Positions 20,682-29,850 of a stretch of 64,000 nucleotides of DNA are shown here, in pieces. The translations under genes were made by a program, and so were the position numbers. Position 1 is the stretch's first letter. Each line of letters starts with the position of its first letter. The notes below the pieces were generated by a model that ran no database searches, was not told the origin of the DNA, and worked only from the letters and a program-made list of their open reading frames with translations. Location of the stretch: NCBI GenBank assembly GCA_021325135.1, contig JAJPHT010000046.1:163885-227884 (forward strand), given 5' to 3'. Origin of the DNA: Pseudomonadota bacterium. Its GTDB lineage: Archaea > Thermoplasmatota > SW-10-69-26 > JACQPN01 > JAJPHT01.

Positions 20682-20954
20682 TCAAGCCGGCACGCCGCAG
20701 GGGACGAAGACCGTGGCGCCGTCCACGTTGGCGTACGCGTAGTCGCCCAGCGCGCACGTGCCGTAGCTGGCGCGGGCGGACTGGCCGGCTGCGGCGCAGC
20801 CGACGCCCAGCGCCTCGCCGGGCCAGAGGAGCGACCACGAGACGACGCAGGGGCCCACCGTGACGGGGGGCTGCGGGAGCGAGGGGCGCGCGGCGGCGAG
20901 GGGCGCCAGCAAGGCGAGCGCCACGAGAAGAAGGGCGACACGCACGGCGCTCAC
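20682..20954 (-). CDS. Secreted 4-Cys microprotein, array member 3 (most divergent)
   Basis: C-terminal part of track ORF 20682..22919; signal peptide, VGPC, 4 Cys; GTGA overlap with upstream stop. Confidence 0.7.
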   Translation of the reverse strand: MSAVRVALLLVALALLAPLAAARPSLPQPPVTVGPCVVSWSLLWPGEALGVGCAAAGQSARASYGTCALGDYAYANVDGATVFVPCGVPA

Positions 20955-21232
20955 TCCGTCCCGGGGGAGCACTGCTCCAGGGTCTGGCCGAGGACGCGCA
21001 GGTGGCACGAGTGGCCCAGGAGCGTCATGCTGTCGGCGTAGTCGAAGACCTCGATGCCTTCGGCGGAGCACCCGGCGGCGCGCGACTCGGCGTCCACATT
21101 GAAGCCCCACGACGCGTGGCACGGGCCCACGACGTAGCTGCCGTGGTCGAGGGGGGGCAGGGGCGAGGCCTGCGCGAGGGGCGCCAGCGCAAGGAGGGCC
21201 AGGAGGCCGGCCAGGACGGGGGCGCGCATCAT
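20951..21232 (-). CDS. Secreted 4-Cys microprotein, array member 2
   Basis: MMRAPVLAGLL signal, VGPCH, GHSCHLRVLGQTLEQC; ATGA overlap with upstream stop. Confidence 0.8.
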   Translation of the reverse strand: MMRAPVLAGLLALLALAPLAQASPLPPLDHGSYVVGPCHASWGFNVDAESRAAGCSAEGIEVFDYADSMTLLGHSCHLRVLGQTLEQCSPGTE

Positions 21233-21513
21233 TCCCCCTCCGGGGGCGGGCACTGCTCGAGGGTCTGGCCCGCGACGCGCAGGCCGCAGGAGTGGCCCCC
21301 GATGGTGGTGCCGTCCCAGTACGAGAGGACCTCCTGGCCCGCGACCCCGCACGAGACGGAGGTGACGCTGCCTTCGAACCACGTGACCTTCTCCACGTGG
21401 CAGGGGCCGACGGTCTCGTCGACGTTGCCGTTGGGCAGCGGGGGCGCGGCGGACGCGGCCGGGAGCAGGAGAAGCAGGATGAGCAGCGCGGGGAGCGCAA
21501 GCAGGGTTCGCAT
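21229..21513 (-). CDS. Secreted 4-Cys microprotein, array member 1
   Basis: MRTLLALPALL signal, VGPCH, GHSCGLRVAGQTLEQC; GGAGGCAC upstream. Confidence 0.8.
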   Translation of the reverse strand: MRTLLALPALLILLLLLPAASAAPPLPNGNVDETVGPCHVEKVTWFEGSVTSVSCGVAGQEVLSYWDGTTIGGHSCGLRVAGQTLEQCPPPEGE

Positions 21514-21577
21514 GGGGGTTTGTGCCTCCGGAAGCGGAGAGCGCCGCTGCACGTTTGGGGATTGCGGGCCCGCAGAC

Positions 21578-21585
21578 CCTTAAAT
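21578..21585 (+). promoter_or_regulatory. TATA-like box between divergent asnS and microprotein array
   Basis: CTTAAAT about 25 nt upstream of the asnS GTG. Confidence 0.5.
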
Positions 21586-21608
21586 GCCAGGCGTTCCCTG
21601 CGGAGGCC

Positions 21609-22970
21609 GTGAGCCCGCCCCTCGTCTCCATCCGCAGCGTCCTCTCGGGCCAGCACACCGGCCAGAAGGTCCACCTGCGCGGCTGGATCCACCGCTACCG
21701 CACCAGCGGCAAGATCGTCTTCGCCACGCTGCGCGACGCGACGGGCACCCTCCAGACGACGACGAAGAAGGGCGTCGCCGACGACGCGTCGTTCGAGGAG
21801 GCCCTCAAGGGGAGCATCGAGGCCTCGGTGGAGCTGACCGGCACGGTCAAGGCGGACGAGCGCGCGCCGGGCGGCTTCGAGGTGGGCGTCGAGCAGTTCC
21901 ACCTCGTGGGAAGCTCCCACGACTTCCCCATCTACGAGAGCACCGTGGACGCCGACGCGCAGGAGACGCTCCTGGACAAGCGCCACCTCTTCCTGCGCAG
22001 CCGCCACCTGGCCAACGCCATGATCCTGCGCGCGAAGACGCTCAAGGCCTTCCGCGAGTGGTTCGACGAGCACGGCTTCTTCGAGACGACGCCCAGCGTC
22101 ATCACCACCAACAACTGCGAAGGCGGCAGCGAGGTCTTCGAGTTCGACTACTTCGGCCAGAAGGCCTTCCTCAGCCAGAGCAGCCAGCTCTACCTCGAAG
22201 CGCTGGTGTTCGGCCTGGAGCGCGTCTACTGCCTGCTGCCCAGCTTCCGCGCCGAGAAGAGCCGCACCCGCAAGCACCTCACCGAGTTCCAGCACCTGGA
22301 GGCCGAGGAGGCCTGGGTGGACAACAAGGGCAACATGGAGATCCAGGAGCAGCTCGTCTCCTACGTCGCGCGTCGCGTCGCCGACACCGCAGAGGAGCAG
22401 CTCGTCGCCCTGGGCCGCGAGCCGGCGGACCTGCGCAAGGTCACGACGCCGTTCAAGCGCCACACCTACGACGAGGCCATCTCGCTGCTGCGCAAGAAGG
22501 ACTACGACCGCGGCCGCGACGCCAAGGGGCGCAGGCGCGGCGCCATCGAGTGGGGCGAGGACCTGGGCGCGCCCGACGAGGCCGCGCTGGTGGAGGGCGA
22601 GGAGAAGCCCGTCTTCGTCATGAACTGGCCCGCCGACATGAAGGCCTTCTACATGCACAGCAACGGCGACGGCACCGTGGCCAACGCCGACATGATCGCG
22701 CCCTTCGGCTTCGGCGAGATCATCGGCGGCAGCCAGCGCAGCACCGACGTCGAGTGGATGAAGGGGCGCCTCGTGGAGCAGGCCAAGCGCGACGGCACCG
22801 CGCTGGACCTCAACGCCTACGAGTGGTACTTCGACCTGCGCCGCTACGGCAGCGTGCCCCACGCCGGCTTCGGCCTGGGCACCGAGCGCGTCGTCCGGTG
22901 GCTGGGCAACCTGGACCACATCCGCGACGCGACCCCCTTCCCCCGGACGCCGAGCCGCGCGTACCCGTAG
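21609..22970 (+). CDS. asnS: Asparaginyl-tRNA synthetase
   Basis: CEGGS..F, LSQSSQLYLE, FRAEKSRT.KHL.EF, GEIIGGSQR, WY.DLRRYGSVPHAGFGLG.ER, FPR. Confidence 0.93.
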   Translation: MSPPLVSIRSVLSGQHTGQKVHLRGWIHRYRTSGKIVFATLRDATGTLQTTTKKGVADDASFEEALKGSIEASVELTGTVKADERAPGGFEVGVEQFHLVGSSHDFPIYESTVDADAQETLLDKRHLFLRSRHLANAMILRAKTLKAFREWFDEHGFFETTPSVITTNNCEGGSEVFEFDYFGQKAFLSQSSQLYLEALVFGLERVYCLLPSFRAEKSRTRKHLTEFQHLEAEEAWVDNKGNMEIQEQLVSYVARRVADTAEEQLVALGREPADLRKVTTPFKRHTYDEAISLLRKKDYDRGRDAKGRRRGAIEWGEDLGAPDEAALVEGEEKPVFVMNWPADMKAFYMHSNGDGTVANADMIAPFGFGEIIGGSQRSTDVEWMKGRLVEQAKRDGTALDLNAYEWYFDLRRYGSVPHAGFGLGTERVVRWLGNLDHIRDATPFPRTPSRAYP

Positions 22971-22996
22971 GCGAGGACGCCGACGGACGTGGCAGG

Positions 22997-23051
22997 GTCA
23001 CGTGACCGGTCACGTGACGCGGTCGGCTGCATCACGTGACCGGTCACGTGA
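22997..23051. repeat. Two direct copies of the perfect 20-bp palindrome TCACGTGACCGGTCACGTGA
   Basis: Copies at 22998-23017 and 23032-23051 (34-bp period), between convergent genes. Confidence 0.9.
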
Positions 23052-23136
23052 ACCACGGACCCCCCTTTGGCGCCCGTGGCGCGTCGGCGTTTGCCGCAGG
23101 GCCGCGAAGCGCGGGACCGCCCAACCCAGCCCCCGC

Positions 23137-23805
23137 TCAGCACGCCACGTTGTAGGCGAGCCCGTCGGAGCCCACGACGCCCCCGATGGAGCCCGCGGGG
23201 TCGGCGACGATGTCGTTCCATGTGGTGGGGTCGGAGTCCGAGGGGAGGGGCACGCCGCCCACGCTGCGGACGTTGGTGACCTGCGCGAGGCCGATGGTGG
23301 CGACGACGGTCTTCGCGCTGGGGCACTGGAAGACCTCGCCGAAGATCTTGACCTCCGCGTTGGTGCTGAAGAAGCCGCTGCTGGCGGACGCGCTGCCGTC
23401 GTAGGCGAACCAGTACGCCTGCGCGCGGTTCGCCAGCGTGCGCGTGCCCTGCGCCGGCGAGCCGGAGAGCGAGATGCCCTGCGCGGTGGCGGAGTCGCGG
23501 ATGCGCTGCGAGAGGTCCTTCCGCACGGTGTCCTCGTTGGGCCGCAGCAGCTCGCGCAGCGTCCGCACGGCGAGCTGCCCCTGATAGCCCGACCCCGAGC
23601 CTGCGGGGTGGTCGTACACGAGGACCTGGCTCTTGGAGAACGCGCTCCCCGAGGGCGCCCCCTGGGAGGCGGTGGCGTTCTTCTGCCAGCCGTTCCCGCC
23701 TGCGCCCTCCAGCAGGCGGTCGGGCACGCGCGCGGGCCGCAGGTCGAGGCAGCCCGGGAGCGCCAGGGCCGCGGCCAGGAGGAGGGCGAGGAGCCGGAGG
23801 CGCAC
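23137..23805 (-). CDS. Lipoprotein-like hypothetical protein
   Basis: VRLRLLALLLAAALALPGC lipobox-like N-terminus; normal globular composition. Confidence 0.75.
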   Translation of the reverse strand: MRLRLLALLLAAALALPGCLDLRPARVPDRLLEGAGGNGWQKNATASQGAPSGSAFSKSQVLVYDHPAGSGSGYQGQLAVRTLRELLRPNEDTVRKDLSQRIRDSATAQGISLSGSPAQGTRTLANRAQAYWFAYDGSASASSGFFSTNAEVKIFGEVFQCPSAKTVVATIGLAQVTNVRSVGGVPLPSDSDPTTWNDIVADPAGSIGGVVGSDGLAYNVAC

Positions 23806-23862
23806 GCGTCGCCACCGCAGGGCCGGGAAAAGAACCTTTTCGGAGGCCGCCCGTGCCGCCGC

Positions 23863-24387
23863 GTGATCGAGTTCGAGGTGAAGGCCCCCGTCCCCCCGGA
23901 GCGGGTCGACGCCCTGCGCGCCATGCTCGGACCCCCGCGGAGGGTCGAGGAGCACGAGGACGCGTACTACGCGCACCCGTGCCGCGACTTCGCCGCCACC
24001 GACGAGGCGCTGCGCCTCTCGCGCCGCGGCGGGCGCGCCGACCTCACCTACAAGGGGCCCCGGCTCGACGCCCGCACCAAGGCGCGCCGCGAGATCGTGC
24101 TGCCCGTGGCGGACGAGCGCGCCGCGCAGGCCCTCGTCGAGGCGCTGGGGTTCCGCCCCTCCCTCGTCGTGCGCAAGCGCCGCTCCCTCCACGAGGCGCA
24201 AGGCTTCGAGGTCGCGCTGGACGAGGTCCCGCCCCTGGGGCACTTCGTCGAGGTCGAGCGCCAGCTCCCGGAGGGCTCGGACCGCGCGGCCGCCGAGCGC
24301 GAGGCAATGGCGCTCCTCGCGTCGTGGGGCCTTGTCCACACCGAGCGGCGCAGCTACCTGGAGATGCTCCTGGAGGCGCGCCAGTGA
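23863..24387 (+). CDS. cyaB: CYTH-domain protein (class IV adenylate cyclase/triphosphatase-like)
   Basis: EFEVK (ExExK), D.YY.HP.RDF..TDEALR, LTYKGP, K.R.E, LG.FVEVE, RRSYLE. Confidence 0.9.
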   Translation: MIEFEVKAPVPPERVDALRAMLGPPRRVEEHEDAYYAHPCRDFAATDEALRLSRRGGRADLTYKGPRLDARTKARREIVLPVADERAAQALVEALGFRPSLVVRKRRSLHEAQGFEVALDEVPPLGHFVEVERQLPEGSDRAAAEREAMALLASWGLVHTERRSYLEMLLEARQ

Positions 24388-24809
24388 AGGCCCTCCTCGT
24401 CGCGGCCGCGCTCCTCCTGGCCGGCTGCGCCGCCCCGCCGCGCGACCCCTACGCGGGCCGCGCGCCTGCCGGCACGCAGACGCAGACGCTGGTGGTGCCG
24501 CGCCAGCAGTTCGCGCACCCCACCTTCGGCGCGCCCTCGCCGGTCCACGCGCGCGTGACGTGGAACTCCTCGCAGCGCATCGACGCGTGGATCACGGGCG
24601 ACTTCGAGCACGACTGCGCGGGGTACGGCCTGCGCACGTTCCACCCCGCCGCGGCGATGCTCAACTCCACTGGCGGCGTCCTGGAGGCCGACCTCCCGGC
24701 GGGGACCGACTGCCTGATCCTCGACAACGCGGACTTCGCCGGGGGCCAGGCGCCCGCGGGGCCCGATGCCACCGTGAGCTTCACCATCGACGTGTGGGTC
24801 CGGGGATAG
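24384..24809 (+). CDS. Small lipoprotein
   Basis: LLAGC lipobox; GTGA overlap with the CYTH gene. Confidence 0.75.
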   Translation: MKALLVAAALLLAGCAAPPRDPYAGRAPAGTQTQTLVVPRQQFAHPTFGAPSPVHARVTWNSSQRIDAWITGDFEHDCAGYGLRTFHPAAAMLNSTGGVLEADLPAGTDCLILDNADFAGGQAPAGPDATVSFTIDVWVRG

Positions 24810-25072
24810 CCCGCCGGCTTGCAAGGGGTCGCTTGCGGCGCCAAGACGCCCGGAAAACCGGAGGTTGGATCAACGCGCGCGACCATGAGGGCCCCATGGC
24901 ACTCTCCGCCCCCAGGTTCTCCGACAACCCCCAGCACCCCAGCCTCCGCGAGGCGCGCATCGAGAGCGACCGCCCCCAGCGCGACCCCGGCATGGCCGCC
25001 TCCCCGCGCCCGCGCGCCTCGGAGACGGGGCCGCCCCTCGCGCCCTCCGCTGGCGGGCCCGCGGAGCCCACC

Positions 25073-25543
25073 ATGCGGACCATGACGCGGGCCGAGATCG
25101 ATCAGTTCGTCGACCAGGGCAGCTTCGCGATCCTCTCGCTGGCGGGAGGAGACGCCGCCTACGGCGTGCCGCTGTTCTACGGCACGGACGGATACGCCAT
25201 CTACTTCCAGACGCGCGCGGGCCTCAAGACGCCCTACCTGCGCGCGACGCGCGAGGCGTGCCTCACCATCTCGCGCATCCGCAGCCACGAGGAATGGGCG
25301 AGCGTCCAGCTCCTGGGCTCCATCGAGGTCGTGGACGCGGCGGCGCGCGGCTCGCAGTCGCGCAACGCCCTCGTGGGCATCCCGCCTCCGCTGGACTGGT
25401 GGGAGAGCGACGAGCGCGCCGGAAGCGCAGAGCCCCCCGGGCTCACCACCTACCGCCTCGTCCCCCGCAAGCTCATCGGGCGCTACAGCATGCCCGCCGA
25501 GGGGACCGCGACCGAGCGCAACGCCGGCTTCGAGGGGATGTGA
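25073..25543 (+). CDS. Pyridoxamine 5'-phosphate oxidase-like FMN-binding split-barrel protein (NimA-like); start uncertain
   Basis: MT.AEI..F, LSLA...AYGVPLFY, G.K, WASV..LG pattern. Confidence 0.75.
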   Translation: MRTMTRAEIDQFVDQGSFAILSLAGGDAAYGVPLFYGTDGYAIYFQTRAGLKTPYLRATREACLTISRIRSHEEWASVQLLGSIEVVDAAARGSQSRNALVGIPPPLDWWESDERAGSAEPPGLTTYRLVPRKLIGRYSMPAEGTATERNAGFEGM

Positions 25544-25544
25544 C

Positions 25545-25910
25545 GTGCGCGTCCGCGACCTCATGACCACGCCCGCGTTCTGCCTCCACCCGGCCGACAC
25601 GTTCGCGCACGCCCGCGCGGAGGCCCTCGGACGCCACGTCCATCAGCTTCCGGTCGTGGACGGCGAGGGCCGCCTCGTGGGCATGCTGGCGCCTTCCGAG
25701 GTGCCGGCGCCGCGCGAGCGAAGCCAGTCTCCCGTCTCGCGCCTGATGGAGACGGGACGGCTCGCGCTGCGCCCCGAGATGACCGCCTCCGAGGGGCGCA
25801 GCCTCCTGGAAGCGGCCCACGTCCAGTCGGCGCCCGTCCTCTCCCGCAGGCGCGTCGTGGGCATGATCACGCTGCGCGACCTTGCGCGCGCGGAGGCGAG
25901 CGCCCCGTGA
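25545..25910 (+). CDS. CBS domain pair protein
   Basis: VRDLMT, LPVVD.EGRLVGML, VVGMITLRDL. Confidence 0.88.
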   Translation: MRVRDLMTTPAFCLHPADTFAHARAEALGRHVHQLPVVDGEGRLVGMLAPSEVPAPRERSQSPVSRLMETGRLALRPEMTASEGRSLLEAAHVQSAPVLSRRRVVGMITLRDLARAEASAP

Positions 25911-26005
25911 GCCCCGCGGCGCTGTGGCTGGCCTTCCGCGCGTCGTGACGCGACAAGCCCCGCCACGTGCGAATCTTCAAGCGGCCGACGCCACGTGGCC
26001 GTCGT

Positions 26006-26494
26006 ATGCCCCATCTGCCCGCCACGCGCGCCATGGGCGAGAGCCGCGCGAGCATGGTCCGCCTCATGATGCCCTCGGACGCGAACCCGCACGGCAACGT
26101 GCACGGCGGCGTCATCATGAAGTTCGTGGACGAGGTGGCGGGCATCGTCGCGCACCGGCACGCGCGGCGCAACGTCGTCACGGCGCGCCTCGACCGCATG
26201 GACTTCCTGGAGCCCGTCTTCGTGGGCAACGCGCTGACGCTGGACGCGCGCCTCGCCTACACGGGCCGCACCAGCATGGAGGTCATGGTGGACATCCGTG
26301 CCGAGAACCTGGACACGGGCGAGGTCGTGCACACCGGCACCGCGTGGCTCACCATGATCGCCCTCAACGAGCGCGGCCGCCCCGTGCCCGTCCCTCCCGT
26401 GGTCGCGGAGACCGAGGACGAGAAGGCGCTCCACGAACTGGCGCGGCTCCGCTACGAGGCGAGGCGCGCGGAGAGGAAGGGCGCGAAGCAGTGA
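26006..26494 (+). CDS. Acyl-CoA thioesterase (hotdog fold, YciA-like)
   Basis: PSDANPHGNVHGG...DE, TGRTSMEV. Confidence 0.92.
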   Translation: MPHLPATRAMGESRASMVRLMMPSDANPHGNVHGGVIMKFVDEVAGIVAHRHARRNVVTARLDRMDFLEPVFVGNALTLDARLAYTGRTSMEVMVDIRAENLDTGEVVHTGTAWLTMIALNERGRPVPVPPVVAETEDEKALHELARLRYEARRAERKGAKQ

Positions 26495-26545
26495 CGCGCC
26501 TGGCCTGTTAGGAAGGGTTATCTCCTTCCCCGGGAACGGCCTCGC

Positions 26546-27226
26546 GTGCTCGAGGAGGCTTTGGGGCCGGAGGCTGGCGACGAGGAGGAGCGGGGGTCCC
26601 GCGTGGGAGGGCCCGAGCGCGTCCGCGTCCTCATGGAGCAGTACGACATCCTCAGCGCCGAGCTCCGGGTCCTGCGCGCCTCCTACGACCGCGTCCTGGG
26701 GCTGGGCATGGTGGCCCTGGCGGCCCTCTACGTCTACGGCGTGAAGGAGAACCTCTCCCCCATCGTCGTGGGCCACCCCGTGCTGCTCTTCGCCCTGCTC
26801 CTGTTCATGATGGACATGATGAACCTCACCATGGCGCTGGGCGCGCACAAGCAGGCGCTGGAGCACCTCGTCAACGCGGAGCTTGGGGGGAACCTCGTGG
26901 CCTGGGAGAAGATCGCGCACACGCACGTCCATCGCGGCCCCTACGCCATGCTGGGCGTCATGGTGGTCTACGTCAGCTTCATCGCGTTCTCCGTCTACAC
27001 GTCCCTCACCACGGCCTACGCCACCGCCCCCGCCCCCCTCTTCTGGGGCTTCGCCGCGTTCCTCGGCGTGCTCGCGGTGTGGACCGTCGTGAGCTGGATG
27101 ATCTCCTGGGACCGGTACGACAAGGTGCTCCAGGAGTCCCTCCGGCACGCCAGCGGGCCGCTTGCGCCCTGGCCCGAGGGGACGGCTCCCCGCGAGGTCC
27201 CCGTGAAGACGCCGCCAACGCGCTAG
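26546..27226 (+). CDS. Hypothetical 4-TM membrane protein
   Basis: Four hydrophobic segments; TATA-like GTTATC about 25 nt upstream. Confidence 0.7.
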   Translation: MLEEALGPEAGDEEERGSRVGGPERVRVLMEQYDILSAELRVLRASYDRVLGLGMVALAALYVYGVKENLSPIVVGHPVLLFALLLFMMDMMNLTMALGAHKQALEHLVNAELGGNLVAWEKIAHTHVHRGPYAMLGVMVVYVSFIAFSVYTSLTTAYATAPAPLFWGFAAFLGVLAVWTVVSWMISWDRYDKVLQESLRHASGPLAPWPEGTAPREVPVKTPPTR

Positions 27227-27996
27227 ATCAGCTCGCGCACCCGCGCGTCCAGCGCGGTGCGGCGGGCGCGCTCGTGGTGGTCGGGCTCTCCGCGCGCGGG
27301 GCGCGTGGCGGCGAAGATGCCTGCCGCCGCGACGAGTCCGAGGAAGTGCTCCACGAGGCGCCACGTGGGCGTGGGGCCGTTGAGCACGACGAGGATCTCC
27401 GGGACGAAGAAGAGGACGAGGCTCCCCGAGGTGAGGAGCACGCGGCGGCGCGCGTCGCGGTCGCGGGCGAGGCGCAGCAGGCTCGCGTACCCCAGGGCGG
27501 CCAGGAGGGGCGGGCCCAGGAGGAGGACCACCAGCGCGGCCCAGACGGGGGCGACCTGCGGGCGGGCGAAGTCGAGGACGAGGCTCCACTCGTTCTCGTG
27601 GTGGCCGATGGGCCCGCGCCAGCCCAGGTAGGTGGCCCAGGCGCCGACGAGGCCGACGTAGCCCGCGCCCACGAGCCAGCGCGCGCCGGGGCGGCCGGTG
27701 AAGATGACGAGGAGATAGCAGACGAGGCCCGCGAAGCTGCCGCAGAGGGAGAGGAGCTTGGCCTGCTGGATGGCGAGGTCGATGGGGAGCGTGCGCAGGC
27801 CCGCGAGGTGGAGGAGCGTCCACGTCGCGTCCGCGGCGGCATAGGCCGCGGCGCCCAGCCAGAAGGCGGCGAAGGCGCGCAGCGCGCTGGCCTCGGGCGT
27901 CGTGGCGCGACGGGCGGTGCGCCACCCGGCGAGGGCGAGGAGCACGGCCCCGGCCAGGCCCAGGCTGGCCCCGCCCAGGAGCGTCGCGTCGCTCAT
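27223..27996 (-). CDS. Hypothetical ~7-TM membrane protein
   Basis: About seven hydrophobic helices; TTCAAATA box about 25 nt upstream. Confidence 0.75.
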   Translation of the reverse strand: MSDATLLGGASLGLAGAVLLALAGWRTARRATTPEASALRAFAAFWLGAAAYAAADATWTLLHLAGLRTLPIDLAIQQAKLLSLCGSFAGLVCYLLVIFTGRPGARWLVGAGYVGLVGAWATYLGWRGPIGHHENEWSLVLDFARPQVAPVWAALVVLLLGPPLLAALGYASLLRLARDRDARRRVLLTSGSLVLFFVPEILVVLNGPTPTWRLVEHFLGLVAAAGIFAATRPARGEPDHHERARRTALDARVRELI

Positions 27997-28060
27997 CGGG
28001 GGCGCCTCCGCGACACGCCTATTTGAACGTCGCTGCGCGGGGGCCTCGCCTGGGCGCCCC

Positions 28061-28741
28061 TCAGGCGGCGGGCGCGCCGCCGACGTAGCACGACTGGTGG
28101 GCGTAGGGCACCTTGTCGCTGGGCTGCGCGACCACCTTGTCGTCGGCCTTGCCGCACACGGCGCAGTCGCGCACCATGATGGCGCTGATGGCGCCGAAGG
28201 CGTCGACGACCTGCTTGGGCACGGGGTAGCGGCGCACGTTGAAGGAGCGCGTCTGCGCGTCGAAGGCGAGGCCCAGGCTGCGGTCGTAGAAGTGCGGGCC
28301 CACGCGCCAGACGAACTCGGGGACCTCCTGCGAGAGGCGGCGCACGTAGGCCTCGACGAAGGGGGAGAGGTCGAAGTTGGCGACGGCCTCGCGGAAGTCG
28401 GTGGCCGCGTAGAACACGACGCCCGGGTCGCGCTTGCGCAGGTGCAGCGGGTCGGGGTTGAACAGGTCCTCGTGGCGCGCGACGTCCAATTGCAGGCGGT
28501 CCTGCGGGAGGAAGCCGCCGCGCTGCGGGCCTGCGAGGGCCACGGCCTCCATGCTGTGGTAGAGCTTGCCCTCGCCCTTGCGGTTGACCTCGCCCACCCA
28601 GCGCTTCAGGCGGTCCCACGAGTCCTTCGCCTGCGCGAGGATGCGCGACTCCTGCCGCTGGTCGATGGCGAGGCCGCGGGCCTTGGCGCGGGCGTCCTCG
28701 TCTGCGCTCAGGGCGAGGGGGCTGAACGCGCCGTAGGCCAT
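28061..28741 (-). CDS. Hypothetical protein with C-terminal CxxC...HxxC zinc-finger-like motif
   Basis: ATG 28741; CAVC...AHQSC at the C-terminus. Confidence 0.7.
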   Translation of the reverse strand: MAYGAFSPLALSADEDARAKARGLAIDQRQESRILAQAKDSWDRLKRWVGEVNRKGEGKLYHSMEAVALAGPQRGGFLPQDRLQLDVARHEDLFNPDPLHLRKRDPGVVFYAATDFREAVANFDLSPFVEAYVRRLSQEVPEFVWRVGPHFYDRSLGLAFDAQTRSFNVRRYPVPKQVVDAFGAISAIMVRDCAVCGKADDKVVAQPSDKVPYAHQSCYVGGAPAA

Positions 28742-28803
28742 CGTCGGGGACAGGGGCACGAGGCCGGGGAGCCGTCGCCTTCCCCTTGGGGTTTGTGGTT
28801 CCC

Positions 28804-29688
28804 TTACCCGATGCCGAGGCCCGCCACGACGATCCGCTGCTCGTCGCTCCAGAAGGTCGCCTGCGAGGTCGACGCGTCGCCGAACGTCGCGAAGCCGCGC
28901 AGGTAGTACGTGCCCTGCTGGGAGATGGTGCAGGTGATGGTGTAGTTGCCCGGCGCGCTGCCCGAGGTGGGCTGGCACGTCGAGGGGTACGCCGCGGCGG
29001 AGGGCGTGGCGCTCTGGTTGCCGCCGTAGCGCGCGTTGATCACCGAGGCCGTGCCCGAGTCGCCCGAGATGGCGAGCTTGAACGAGAAGGGCGTGCCCGC
29101 GATGAACGTGGGCGGGAAGCCCGAGAGGGAGACCGTCGCGTTCACGACCTGCACCGTGGCCTCGGGGCCCCAGTACTCGTGCGTGACGTTGTTCTCGGTC
29201 ACGCGCGCGTGCCCGCGCAGGTAGTAGGTCCCGGCGGAGGTGACGTTGCACGAGACGACGAAGTCGCCCGGCAGGCTGCCGCTCTGGTGCGCGCACGCCT
29301 GCATCTTGGACGCGTCGGGCGCAGGCTGGGGCGTGGCCGCGAAGTGCGCGCCGATGTGGTCGCTGCTGAACTGGAGCGAGCCCGCGACGTGGAGCGTGAC
29401 GTTGAACGCGTGCCCCATGGCCGCCATCGTGGGGACGACGGTGGTGAGCGTGTACGAGTCGGGCCCGAGGCCGCCCGGCGTCGTGGGCGTCGTCGCGGGC
29501 GTGCTCGTGGCCGGCGTGCTGGAGACGGGCGTGCTCGTCGCGGGCGTCGACGTGGCGGGCGTGCTGCTGGCCGGCGTCGAGGAGGCGGGCGTCGAGGACG
29601 AGGGCGTCGTGGAGGGCGTGCTGTTGCTCCCCGAGCAGCCGGCGAGGGCCACCGCGAGGGCGAGGAGCGCGAGAAGGATCGGGCGCAT
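28804..29688 (-). CDS. Surface lipoprotein with Ser/Thr/Pro linker and two duplicated Ig-like domains
   Basis: LAGC lipobox, (STPAS/T)n linker, twice C...SGS.PG.....C.....GTYYLRG. Confidence 0.85.
   Translation of the reverse strand: MRPILLALLALAVALAGCSGSNSTPSTTPSSSTPASSTPASSTPATSTPATSTPVSSTPATSTPATTPTTPGGLGPDSYTLTTVVPTMAAMGHAFNVTLHVAGSLQFSSDHIGAHFAATPQPAPDASKMQACAHQSGSLPGDFVVSCNVTSAGTYYLRGHARVTENNVTHEYWGPEATVQVVNATVSLSGFPPTFIAGTPFSFKLAISGDSGTASVINARYGGNQSATPSAAAYPSTCQPTSGSAPGNYTITCTISQQGTYYLRGFATFGDASTSQATFWSDEQRIVVAGLGIG
29478..29620 (-). repeat. 15-nt degenerate tandem repeat encoding S/T-S-T-P-A pentapeptides
   Basis: Recurring cgggcgt(g/c) units on the + strand, about 9 copies. Confidence 0.8.
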
Positions 29689-29850
29689 CGGCGTCAGGGC
29701 GCGACGACGCGGGGCGCGCCTTAACCTCTTCGAATTCTCCTCCCTGCGCCAGGGTCACGTCCGAGGCCCATTGGGGTGGGTCCTTCCGTCACCCCTCAAC
29801 GCGACGACGCGACGAGGAGACTGATCCCCGCGAGGCGCTCCCCGGCAGGC

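Noticed and set aside
15500-21520. Integrated mobile element or provirus covering the accessory-looking region
   Set aside because: No integrase, transposase, att-like direct repeats or viral structural genes could be recognised
22997-23051. Possible mini-CRISPR array
   Set aside because: Only two 20-bp units with a 14-bp spacer, no leader and no cas genes; kept as a palindromic repeat instead
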